Assembly (NCBI GenBank): GCA_000503875.1
Contig: CP006913.1
Span: 1,110,001-1,142,000, forward strand
DNA length: 32,000 nt
Source of the DNA: Candidatus Saccharimonadota bacterium
Lineage (GTDB): Bacteria; Patescibacteriota; Gracilibacteria; Absconditabacterales; Absconditicoccaceae
Direction of reading: 5' to 3'
The translations under genes and the position numbers were made by a program. Below are positions 8,172-17,635 of this stretch, one piece after another. The notes below the pieces were generated by a model that made no database searches, was not told where the DNA came from, and was given only the letters and a program-made list of their open reading frames with translations. The first letter of the stretch is position 1. Every line of letters starts with the position of its first letter.

Positions 8172-10118
8172 ACCATTTTTTCTAAAGCATTATTCCAAAT
8201 TTCAAATCCGCTTTAAATTTTCTCTCCCTGCCACCAACCACCATCCATTCCCCAAAATTACCCCAAAATGTTGTTTTTGTAAAAAGCTAGGTACTAACTA
8301 CATTCTTTGAAAAGATTGTCATTTGCTATAGTTCTTGATATAGATATAGACATTTGTATAAATATCTTTACAAGAAATTGATTGTCCATATAAAACTTTC
8401 TGCTTGCCCATATTTGTTTGCTTCCAAACAAGCATATAGGGATATATCTATATTTCTATGTAAATAAAATACAAAAAAGACAAGAGGGTCGGTTTTTTGG
8501 GATTTTGATCAAAAAAATGAAAAAATTTAATACCTTTTTCACCAAAAATTAAGGAATATTTTTGAAGAGAAAAATCTTTGATATCAAGATTTAGAATTAT
8601 TGTTTCTCAAAAAAACCGTACCATCATTTTCCTCTCAAAAATCATTTTCAGAAAATCTCTCCAAATGGAAAAAATAAAGCAATATTTTTTTCTTCTTTTC
8701 CAAAATTTTCCCCCCAAAATTTTCTTTCTCAATCTTTTTTATCTCTTCAATCATCTTCACCCACCTACACAAAACAAAAAGCCAGAGAAATTGCTTATTA
8801 TACAAAGAGCCTTATTTGCCTTTTTTATCTCTCTGATATCAGACAATATGCCCATAGTTACGATTGCTGGTTTATTGATCAATTCCGCTCCAAAACAGAT
8901 ATTTACTTCTTCAAAACAGATATTTACCTCTCCAAAAATTCGAATAATGTATCCGTTTCACCCAAAATTAGCTCTTTCCCCCAAAAACCCGAAATACCTA
9001 TACAAAACCATCGGTTTAACCACCACTGACACAAAACCACAAAATTTCATCACTACCCACTCAAAATAGATCTTTATCTATATATCTATTTGGCATATCA
9101 AGCCATTTAAGCATAGTTCAATCAATCTATAGATACCTATCAATGTCTTTAAAACAAGGAAACTCGATCAAAACCATTTCAAAAAGCTCCAAAAACCCTC
9201 TTTTTTACAGAAAAATCAGTAGAATTTTTTGTCCAAGAAAAATTTATTTTGCCAAAAGAGCTTAGACAACCAAAATTTTATATTTTGTCAAAAACAGACA
9301 TATTTCAAAAACTAATCAATAAATGACCTAGACAAGAAACCATGCAGAGATACCAACCACCAAAAAATCATTTTCACATGAAGTTCAGATTTTTTTCTTT
9401 TTCCCCTTCGACATTTTATTTGATTTCATGCTCTTTTATTGCTGGGTACAACGCCTATTTCCTCTCCAAAAAGACATTTTGTCTTCAAAGGTGGCTCCAG
9501 TCTTGGTTTATCTTATAATATTTGTCAAAGTTCAGATACAAACTAGGCAAAAACTCATTAAGAACTTCAAAATAAACACCCTTTCTTTCGACTTTTTGTT
9601 CAAACTACCACAAAAAACGACACCAATAACACAAATTCTCTCGTTCTAACAACTATTTTATCATAACAATAAATCTGATTTTCTTTTTTGTTCAAATTGT
9701 CTACCTTATATATACGGAAATTTTGTTTTTCTGTTTTTTCATTTTTGGCGTTTCTCAACTATAATTTATTCTTTATCCAGTAGAGTGAGACATCGCTAGT
9801 CACTCAAGATGACATATATAGTCATTTCGACAGGACAAACCAAGAAAAGTAAAAAAACACCAATTATTGGTCAAACTATTGTGATATAGGGCAAAATGAA
9901 GGACTAATAAGCTATTTGATTATCTATAAGACCAATAATCGTTTTATATTCATTTACACCCACCAACCATTATTATCACCACACAGAAAATAAATATGTC
10001 AATTACATTCTACACCAAACAGACCCAAAACAACGACAAGAGAAAGTCTAAATATACTAGGTAAGAAGCTATGTTTTATATAAATCACCTCAAAATCAAT
10101 GCTTTTTATTACTTTTTT

Positions 10119-10146
10119 TGTCACAATACCCTTTATTTTTCGTATA
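10119..10146 (+). promoter_or_regulatory. ECF-sigma-like promoter TGTCAC-N16-CGTATA upstream of the S-layer-like gene
   Basis: The motif block ACTTTTTTTGTCACAA-N12-TTCGTATACAG at 10111-10149 is repeated at 28892-28930 (16/16 and 11/11 identical). It resembles the SigW-type pattern TGAAAC-N16-CGTATA. It can alternatively be read as TTGTCA-N19-TATACA. Confidence 0.4.
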
Positions 10147-10408
10147 CAGAGGTAGATGGATGGACCCTACCACATCTGTAATCATCAATTGCTAAGCTGC
10201 TTAGGCTCATTGACAACAAAAGGTTATCATTTGTCTAACTTTGTCTTGCATTTGTGTTATAGATTGGTATGCTGTACGCATTGCTGTGTGGATACACAGA
10301 TATTGTTCTTTAATAGTTCATCTTGTTTACCTATAAGGTAGACTTTACTTTGTTCTGCGACTGCTCGCAGACTGAGTGTACGTTTTTATATCGTATTTTA
10401 TTGTACAC

Positions 10409-13243
10409 ATGAAAAAATTGTTTTCAATTGTTGCTACCGTTATGTTGTTGGCTGGAATAGTAATTCCTGCTAATACAAGCGCTGCTTATTCAGACGAATT
10501 GACAGGAGCTTATAGTTATGCCTATGGAATGGGAATAACTACTCAATCTTCTATCGAAAATGCTGATATGTATGGAAGTCTTACAAGAATCGCTCTTGCT
10601 AAAATGATTTCTAATTACGTATTAGAATTAGGATTACAAACACCAGACACATCTAAAGAATGTATCTTTACTGATGTATCTAATGCTTTAGACACTCAAT
10701 ACAACAATTGAGTAAAAAATGCTTGTCAATTGGGACTTATGGGAGTAGGAATTTCTACTTTCAGACCAAATGATACAGTTACTAGAGCTGAATTTGGTAC
10801 AGTTCTTTCTAGAGCTATCTGGGGAGACGATAATAATGGATCTGATCCTTATTACGTTGCTCACTTGAATGCTTTGAAAGATGCTGAAGTTATGACAAAC
10901 ATCGCTAACCCAAATATGAAAGAGGTTAGAGGTTATGTTATGTTAATGATGCAAAGAGCTGACGAAAGTGGTGTTGCTAATAATCAACCTGCTATTTGTT
11001 CTACTCCAGAAAATGTTCTTGCTTGTTCATTAGGTTTGGACTCTTGTCCAGCTGAATGTCTAGAAACAGAAGAAGAAGTAGATCTTCCTGGATTTGCTAC
11101 TATTTCTAGAGTTGGTTCAACTGCTACACAATATGTAGCTTCAAATGCAGTTAACAAAAAAGTTGGAGCTATCAAGCTTACTGCTGGGCAAAATGACACT
11201 ACAGTTTCATCTGTTGTTGTTTCTCACAATGGTCTTGGTGATTCTACTGATGTTACTGTTCAATTATACAAAGATGGTGTAGTTGCTTCTAATGCTAGAG
11301 CAATCACTTCTTCTTCACAAAATGCTACTCTTAGATTTACTCCTGCTCTTGAATTAAAGGCTGGATCATCTATGACATTTGATGTTATGGCTAGTGTTGA
11401 TGGATTAGTAAATGAAGAACATAACTTTTCTGTTACAGCAGTTAATGTTGTAAACGGAACAGCTACTGGTACTCCAATTGCTCTTGATACACTTAGAACA
11501 ACTTCATATGTAGTTGGTAATGCTAATCCAACACTTACTACATACAGTGTTAAAGCTGGTGATGTTCAAGAATTAGTTGCATCAGTTTCTATTTTACCAG
11601 GTAAAAATGCTATCATTAAGGGTGTAACTCTTACTAGATCTTCTGGTAAAAATATTGATGAAGTTCTTTCAAATGTAAAAGCTTACTACAATGATGAAAT
11701 AGTTGGTACAGTTACTGTAACTGACGAAAAAATCGTTGTTGCTGGTCTTAACATCGAAAGATTAAATGGAGAAACTGCAAACATCGAACTTAAAGCTAAT
11801 GGTATCTATATTGGTACTCTAGGTGATGTTCTTTTGGTTGTAGAAGCAAATGATGTATATGCTGTAGAAGCAAATACAAACGAAAGCATGAGAAGTCTTG
11901 CAAGTGCTATTGGAACTCTTTCTGTTGCTAATGTTGATATGTCTCTTACAAAAGTATCAACAGGATCACAAACAGTTGCTCCAGGTACATCTAATGTAGA
12001 ACTTCTTAATCTTAAATTAACATCTAATACAGAATTTGAAGTATCTAATTATACTATTAAATTTAATGATATTGGTGAACTTTTGACAAACTTTATTGAT
12101 AATGAAGTAACAGTATATATCAATGGTATAGATTATTCTATGACTACTGATACATTAACTTTAAGTGCTTCATCAGATAGATTTTTCATAGACAAAAACA
12201 ATCCTGCTACAATCAGAGTTGTTGGTCATACAAAATCTGTTCCAGCTGTTCTATGAGAATCTTATCAAATGAACTTTGCTATCACAGAAGTTAAAAACAT
12301 AGAAAATGGAAATACTATTGGTGCTTTGACGTACAACAAAAATGGAGATACAACAACAGTTAACGTTGGATCTTACACAGTTACAAAACCATCTACTCTT
12401 CCAAATAACAAAACAGTTATGGAAGGATCTGATTCAGATCTAGTATACTTCAACATGAAGGCTGCTGCTGAAAATCAAGTTTTGAAAGCTGTTACAGTTA
12501 CGTCTGCATTGTGATGAAATTTTGATGTTTACGCTACTGAACTTACACTTATGCAAGGAAATTCAATAGTTAAAACTATTGATGAAGCTGATCTAGGTGT
12601 TGCTACTGTAACATTCAATGATTTCTCTAGAAATCTTACAAAGGATGCTTCAGTTCCATTTACAATAAGAGCTACTCTTAAAGATGGAGACGTTACAACT
12701 CTTGGAGATATAATCCAACTTCAAGTAACTGACTTCGATGTTAGACGTGCTGCTGCTATTGGAGATGCTGAATTGGTTACAACAAGTGTATTCAATACAT
12801 ATGGTAAAGCATACCAAATTGCAAGCAACATCCCAACTATAGCTTTAACTGCTCAAGTTGAAAAAAATACAACTGTTCAATTCGCTAATACATCATCTTA
12901 CGATATCAGAGTTACTAATGTAACATTTGATATGACTCGTAATTTGAATAATGGTTCATATGTAACATGGGATGGAACTGCTGCATTACTTGATTGAATT
13001 AATGGTACTGCTGTATCAGTTACAGCTCCTGTTATACCAGGACCTGCTGCATTTGTTATGAATGCTGGTTACATCGTAAGTACATCTACAGTTGATGCTA
13101 ATCTTGAACTTGTTGACAGTGCAAATACTGTTACAGATGCTGATTACACAGTGACTGCTAAGAGTATGACATTTGTATACGTAGACAGAGATACTTCAGT
13201 AGAATCTGCTCCTATTACAGAAACATACAGTATTTCTAAATAA
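10409..13243 (+). CDS. S-layer-like surface protein (944 aa): signal peptide, two SLH-like domains, a Cys-rich linker and a long Thr/Val/Asn-rich beta-type region
   Basis: MKKLFSIVATVMLLAGIVIPANTSAA looks like a signal peptide. SLH-like segments are YGSLTRIALAKMISNYV and FRPNDTVTRAEFGTVLSRAI. Five frame-2 fragments (10376, 10730, 12269, 12551, 13058) are joined by only 5 TGA. A strong terminator follows. Confidence 0.85.
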
Positions 13244-13301
13244 TTATTTCTCTCGAGATCTAATTGTTAGACATATATACCCTCGCTTCGGCGTGGTACA
13301 G

Positions 13302-13333
13302 AAAACCCTTGGACTTCGGTCTGAGGGTTTTTT
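13302..13333 (+). terminator. Intrinsic terminator of the S-layer-like gene
   Basis: A 9-bp stem CCCTTGGAC/GTCTGAGGG (13306-13314 / 13319-13327) carries a UUCG loop and T6, flanked by A4. A second UUCG hairpin at 13283-13297 precedes it. Confidence 0.8.
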
Positions 13334-13343
13334 GTGTTGATTT

Positions 13344-13372
13344 TTTTGTCTTATTTTTGTCAGTATTTTTCT
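13344..13372 (+). promoter_or_regulatory. Conserved TTTGTC-N5-TTTGTC box, copy c (25/29 match to copy a)
   Basis: TTTTGTCTTATTTTTGTCAGTATTTTTCT lies 49 nt upstream of the PemK-like gene 3 ATG. A TTGTAT-N17-TATACT promoter candidate follows between the box and the ATG at 13421. Confidence 0.4.
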
Positions 13373-13420
13373 TTGTAAAATTGTATATAGTCCGCAAACT
13401 TTATATACTAAGCAAAGAAA

Positions 13421-13813
13421 ATGAACGATAAAAAGGAATTGTTTGATATTTGGGGCAAACAAAAATTTATTATAGACAAAGAGATTTCACCTGTTTTTTT
13501 TAAGGAAAGGGATATGTTTTTTATAAAAATGGGTCAAAATATAAGATTTGAACAAAATTGAAAATGATGGGAATTTGTTAGACCAGTAGTGATAATAAAA
13601 AAATTTAATAACGATGTATTTTGGTGAGTAGCATTATCAACAAAAATTAAAGACTGATTATATTATTATTGTTTTGATGCCAATTGAGCCAAACAATGTG
13701 CTATAATATCTCAATTTAGATTGTATGATAAAAATAGATTAATAAAAAAAATTGGTATGATACCTATAAAAGATTTTTTTCAATTAAAACAAAAAATCAA
13801 AAACCTTTTATAG
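13421..13813 (+). CDS. PemK/MazF-like toxin-fold protein, paralog 3 (130 aa), solitary
   Basis: Contains LFDIWGKQKFIID...RDMFFIKMGQNIRFEQNGKGWEFVRPVVIIKKFNNDVFWGVALSTK...ISQFRLYDKNRLIKKIG, with 6 in-frame TGA. Confidence 0.8.
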
Positions 13814-13868
13814 TTTCTGATTGTTTTATATCCCAACATAAGTTAGGACGATCCCGAAGGAATTTAGT
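13790..13868 (-). ncRNA. Predicted cis-antisense sRNA 3 (~78 nt) whose terminator hairpin covers the toxin stop codon
   Basis: On the minus strand there is a short UUCG-loop hairpin (13852-13861) and a 7-bp hairpin at 13831-13848 (TCCTAAC/GTTGGGA; one pair is G.U on minus but C.A on plus). The terminator is CAGAAAC/GTTTTTG (13798-13819) followed by ATTTTTTGTTTT. Confidence 0.5.
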
Positions 13869-13874
13869 GAAGTA

Positions 13875-13902
13875 ATTATAACAAAAACATTTCAAATTGC
13901 AA
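13875..13902 (-). promoter_or_regulatory. Antisense sigma70-type promoter TTGCAA-N16-(TGT)TATAAT facing PemK-like gene 3
   Basis: 13897-13902 is TTGCAA and the reverse complement of 13875-13880 is TATAAT, preceded by TGT (extended -10 like), with a 16-nt spacer. The 42-nt block 13865-13906 is 38/42 identical to 25014-25055. Confidence 0.55.
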
Positions 13903-14019
13903 ATCAAATTAACCACACCTCGGCGTGGTGCAAAGTCCTCCGCATAGTCGAGTTTTTTTGCTTGTTTTTTTTATAAAAATATCTACAAAAAGGAATCTTT
14001 TATATATTGTTTATCAATC

Positions 14020-14679
14020 ATGAACTTTCTCAAAAAGAACTGGATTAGTTTTGTAATTGCACTAATTTTTATAGGTTTTTTGTGTATGGTATACGTTATT
14101 AGACAACAAAATCTTTACGAGAAGAATCCTGGACTTATCCCACCAAGAAATAATTATGACGTAAAAATAGAACTTAACGACCAAGAAAAAGCCAAACTAG
14201 AAGAAGAGCTAAAAAAATATGACGATCTGATTCAAAATTTTGTTCCTGCTACAGGTCAACAAGAAGTAGATTTATGAGACGGTAACAAAGGTATGATAGA
14301 ACCTATAAGCAAACCAGATGCCCAACGATTTTATGGAAAAGCAACCGCATTAGAAAAACTTGGAAGATATACCGAAGCCATCAAAACATTAAATGAAGTC
14401 TTTGAACATTACGAAGAAAGTGCAACAGCTCGAAATAGTCTGTGACTATTATATAGCAAGGTTGGTGAACACAAATATGCTATTATGAATTTCCAAAAAA
14501 TCATAGATACTTTTGGCGATCCAATTTTCCAATATTACGAAAGAATTATTAGAACCTATTTGATAATTTGAGACGGAGAACAGGCATGACAACGATACAT
14601 AAAATACGAGAAAGCATGAGGAAAGAGAAACGAAGAACTTATGTCCTTAATCAAAGCAGCAAAGCTTCAAACGAAATAA
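14020..14679 (+). CDS. Membrane-anchored TPR-like repeat protein (219 aa)
   Basis: It has an N-terminal TM segment (WISFVIALIFIGFLCMVYVI) and TPR-like helices (FYGKATALEKLGRYTEAIKTLNEVFE; LLYSKVGEHKYAIMNFQKII). Stitched across 5 TGA. Confidence 0.65.
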
Positions 14680-14824
14680 TATCTAGTCGTTAACCAATAA
14701 TTTTTATTATCAAATATTTCCTTGTATTTTCCCTTCAAATAGCTAAGAATATCGGACCAAATCTAATCAAAACAACCAATAGAAACTGGGATATAAAAAA
14801 GTCTGACTTTTTATTGTTTTTCGC

Positions 14825-14852
14825 TTGATTTTCGATTTCATATTCATATAGT
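14825..14852 (+). promoter_or_regulatory. Putative sigma70-type promoter of rpsL-rpsG (TTGATT-N16-TATAGT)
   Basis: TTGATT at 14825-14830 and TATAGT at 14847-14852, ~50 nt upstream of the rpsL ATG. Confidence 0.5.
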
Positions 14853-14903
14853 GTCGTACGCGCAATTTTCGCAATATCTTTAATTGTTTGAAAAATATAG
14901 TTT

Positions 14904-15329
14904 ATGCCTACTATTAATCAACTTATTAAAAACGGAAGAAAAGAAAGGAAAGCAAAGTCAAAAGCTCCTGCTTTACAATTTGGTATCAACAAATTAAAAG
15001 GAAACAAGAAAGTTGAGGGACCAGCACCATTCAAAAGATGAGTATGTCTCAAAGTTTCAGTTATGGGTCCTAAAAAACCAAATTCAGCTCAAAGAAAGTT
15101 TGCGAAAGTAAGACTTTCAAATGGTGCGGAAGTATTGGCATATATTCCTGGAGAATCTCATACTTTACAAGAACACAGTGTGGTTTTGGTGAGAGGATGA
15201 AGAGTTAAGGATCTTCCATGAGTGAGATACCATATTCTTAGAGGAAAATACGATGCTAATCCAGTAGATAAAAGAAGACAAAGCAGATCTTTGTACGGAG
15301 CAAAAAGACCAAAAGCTGCTGCAAAATAG
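14904..15329 (+). CDS. rpsL: 30S ribosomal protein S12
   Basis: [13 protein letters not shown]...KRGVCLKV...[10 protein letters not shown]...[24 protein letters not shown] at 15039, 15198 and 15219 align to universally conserved Gly. Confidence 0.97.
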
Positions 15330-15357
15330 TTTTTAATCATTAATAATTTGTGATCTC

Positions 15358-15792
15358 ATGCTTGATCAAAATCAGAAAGTAACTAAAATCGTAAATTTTA
15401 TCATGAAAAGTGGTAAAAAGAGCGTTGCACAAAACATATACAACAAGATGCTTCAAGAAATCAAAGCAAGCGGACATATGAATCCTTTTATCGTAGTTGA
15501 AGCTGCAATCGAAAATGCTGCTCCTACTATTATGATCAAGTCAAAAAGACTTGGAGGATCTGTATACCAAGTGCCAGTAGAAGTAAAACCGGCTAAAAGA
15601 CTGTTTTTTTCTATTAAATGGCTTTTGGATGCTGCTAGATCAAAATCAGGAAAGCCTATGTACAAAAAACTGGCTGAAGAAATTCTTGCTGCTTACTCAA
15701 ATCAAGGATATGCAGTTAAGAAAAAGGAAGAAGCTCACAAGATGGCTGAAGCAAACAAGGCGTTTGCATATATGGCAAAATATATTAACTAG
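15358..15792 (+). CDS. rpsG: 30S ribosomal protein S7, lacking the usual basic N-terminal ~12 residues
   Basis: SGKKSVAQNIYNKML...KSKRLGGSVYQVPVEV...HKMAEANKAFA. An in-frame TAA at 15334-15336 limits any upstream extension. Confidence 0.93.
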   Translation: MLDQNQKVTKIVNFIMKSGKKSVAQNIYNKMLQEIKASGHMNPFIVVEAAIENAAPTIMIKSKRLGGSVYQVPVEVKPAKRLFFSIKWLLDAARSKSGKPMYKKLAEEILAAYSNQGYAVKKKEEAHKMAEANKAFAYMAKYIN

Positions 15793-15863
15793 TATAGTAT
15801 ACAAGTTTTTACACTATTAAATTGTTTACAATGTGAAATACAAGTGGTGCAAAATATAAGCAC

Positions 15864-16097
15864 ATGTTATATAACGTAAGTCGAGCAAGAAAGAAGTCAG
15901 GAGACAAACAGAAGAAAGCTTTGGAATGGTACATTTTGGTATTGAAAAAAGAAATCTTGTTGGGAACAACTAAATGGGTAATCAACACAAAAAAATGTGC
16001 TGAAGCTAGACTCAAAAAAATGGGAATTACCAAAGATATGGTGATAAAAACACTAGAAAATAAAGGACTGAAAGATTTATTATCTAAAATAAACTAA
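15864..16097 (+). CDS. Hypothetical small Lys-rich protein (77 aa)
   Basis: An intact ORF in an operon-like position between rpsG and rplS. I recognise no family. Confidence 0.4.
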   Translation: MLYNVSRARKKSGDKQKKALEWYILVLKKEILLGTTKWVINTKKCAEARLKKMGITKDMVIKTLENKGLKDLLSKIN

Positions 16098-16100
16098 ACT

Positions 16101-16244
16101 ATGTCTAGATTAAGAACAAATGCAAAGAGAAAAGTAAGTAAAGCGTTGGTAAGAGTTGAAAAAACAGTAATTATGGACGTTAGAAAATCTCTTGAACAAC
16201 AAAGAAAACGAAAAGCTAAGGTAATGAACAAAAAAAGTAAATAA
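16101..16244 (+). CDS. Hypothetical very basic small protein (47 aa)
   Basis: MSRLRTNAKRKVSKALVRVEK...QQRKRKAKVMNKKSK starts 3 nt after the previous stop. It has ribosomal-protein-like composition, but I do not recognise the family. Confidence 0.4.
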   Translation: MSRLRTNAKRKVSKALVRVEKTVIMDVRKSLEQQRKRKAKVMNKKSK

Positions 16245-16268
16245 TTTTATTCATTGATTTTTTAAAAA

Positions 16269-16649
16269 ATGAATTTTGAAAGAGTTAAAGCGCTTCATGC
16301 ACAAAATAATGTAAACATATTAGAGGTAAAACCTGGAATGTTTTTGGAAATCCACGAAAAATTGGGAGATGGAGAAGGAAATAGAGTATGGAGATTCAAA
16401 GGTCTCGTTATCAAGGTTAAAAATCCAAATCAAGCTGATGGTACATTCACTATAAGAGGTACTGTTGCTGGTAATGATATCGAAAAAATCTATCCTTTGT
16501 CATTCAAAAAATTTGAAAAAGTTCTCTTATTGGATGAATACAAAGTAAGAAGAGCAAAATTATACTACATTAGAGAAAAAATAGGTAAAGATGCTAGAAT
16601 GAAGAGCAAAATAACTGCTGATAGAAGAAATAAAAATATCCTTAAATAA
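16269..16649 (+). CDS. rplS: 50S ribosomal protein L19
   Basis: FLEIHEKLGDGEGNRVWRFKGLVIKVKN...FTIRG...GNDIEKIYPLSFKKFEKV...RRAKLYYIRE. Confidence 0.95.
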   Translation: MNFERVKALHAQNNVNILEVKPGMFLEIHEKLGDGEGNRVWRFKGLVIKVKNPNQADGTFTIRGTVAGNDIEKIYPLSFKKFEKVLLLDEYKVRRAKLYYIREKIGKDARMKSKITADRRNKNILK

Positions 16650-16679
16650 TTCTTACATTTTATTCTTGTTGCCAAATAA

Positions 16680-17315
16680 ATGAAACTCAACGTAAATATT
16701 CGTAAAGGAGAAGACTTAAGACAAATGAGAAAAGAAGGGAATGTTCCAGCTATTATGTATGGAAAACACCTTTCTGCTCCAGTTTCTGTTTTTTGTAATA
16801 AAAACGACTTTATCAAAAAGTTTAAACAAGCTGGATATTCAACAGCATTAACACTAGAAGGTAAAGGAATAGAAGAATTGGTACTTATTCAAGATATACA
16901 AGTAGATCCAGTTAGTGATGTTGTTTTGCATATAGATTTCTTGGCTGTTAGTAAAAATGAAAAGGTTAAGACTGAAGTACCAGTATTGTTAGTAGGAGAA
17001 TCTCCAATAGAAAAATTGGGAGAAGGAAAGATTCAATTGGTGAAAGATTTCGTTGAAGTTGAAGCATTCCCTCAAGATCTTCCTCATGATATCAAGGTTG
17101 ATATTTCAACAATTGCATCATTGAATGATACAGTATTCGTAAAAGATTTGAATGTTTCTGACAAAGTAAAAATACTTGATGATATGGAACAACCAATTCT
17201 TACTGTGGTTACATTAGCTGAAGAAGTTGAAGAAACTCCAGTAGCAGCTACAGAAGTAGCAGCAACACCTGCCGCTTGAACAGAAGCAGCAAAACCAGCA
17301 AAACCCACAAAATAA
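16680..17315 (+). CDS. rplY: 50S ribosomal protein L25 / general stress protein Ctc
   Basis: RKEGNVPAIMYGK...VLIQDIQVDPVSDVVLHIDF, followed by an acidic/Ala-Pro-rich tail. The track ORF is extended through TGA at 17277 to TAA at 17313-17315. Confidence 0.9.
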
Positions 17316-17343
17316 CCCTTTTTAATTGTTTTTATCTAAACAT

Positions 17344-17532
17344 ATGGCAAGAGTTTGTGACTTCACATGAAAGTGAACAAAATCATGAAATACGAGATCT
17401 CACTCAATGAGATCGTCAAAAAGAACATTTAAACCAAATCTTATTTACAGAAAGGTAAAACTTGAAGATGGAACTTCTGTAAGAATTAAGATATGTTCTA
17501 AAGTATACAAAAAACTTAAGGGGTTCATCTAA
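17344..17532 (+). CDS. rpmB: 50S ribosomal protein L28
   Basis: [33 protein letters not shown] (three Gly are TGA) matches the L28 N-terminal signature. Confidence 0.9.
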
Positions 17533-17543
17533 GAACCTTTTAT

Positions 17544-17616
17544 GGGGTGGTAGCTCAGTCGGTAGAGCAATAGCCTTTTAAGCTACTGGTCAAGGGTTCG
17601 ATTCCCTTCCACCCTA
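17544..17616 (+). tRNA. tRNA-Lys (anticodon UUU)
   Basis: Hand-folded cloverleaf: acceptor GGGGTGG/CCACCCT (G1.U72), D arm GCTC-AGTCGGTA-GAGC, anticodon loop CTTTTAA, T arm AAGGG-TTCGATT-CCCTT, discriminator A. Confidence 0.85.
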
Positions 17617-17635
17617 AGTTTCAACAAAAATTAAA

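Noticed and set aside
8578-9069. 163-aa plus-strand ORF, and a ~105-codon minus-strand ORF (from ATG 9050 with TGA=Gly) in the same place
   Set aside because: The strand is almost G-free, so only TAA can stop the plus frame. Both products are low-complexity (FFLLFQNFPPKIFF...; ...GEVNICFEEVNICFG...), and the two frames share third-codon positions in a typical shadow-ORF geometry. I cannot support either as a gene, so the region is reported as a gene desert instead.
7440-9990. Possible replication origin (DnaA-box-like words such as TTATCCAG at about 9763 and TTATCAC variants) in the gene desert
   Set aside because: I found no exact TTATNCACA boxes or clusters, no dnaA/dnaN in the window, and the AT-rich background makes near-matches expected.
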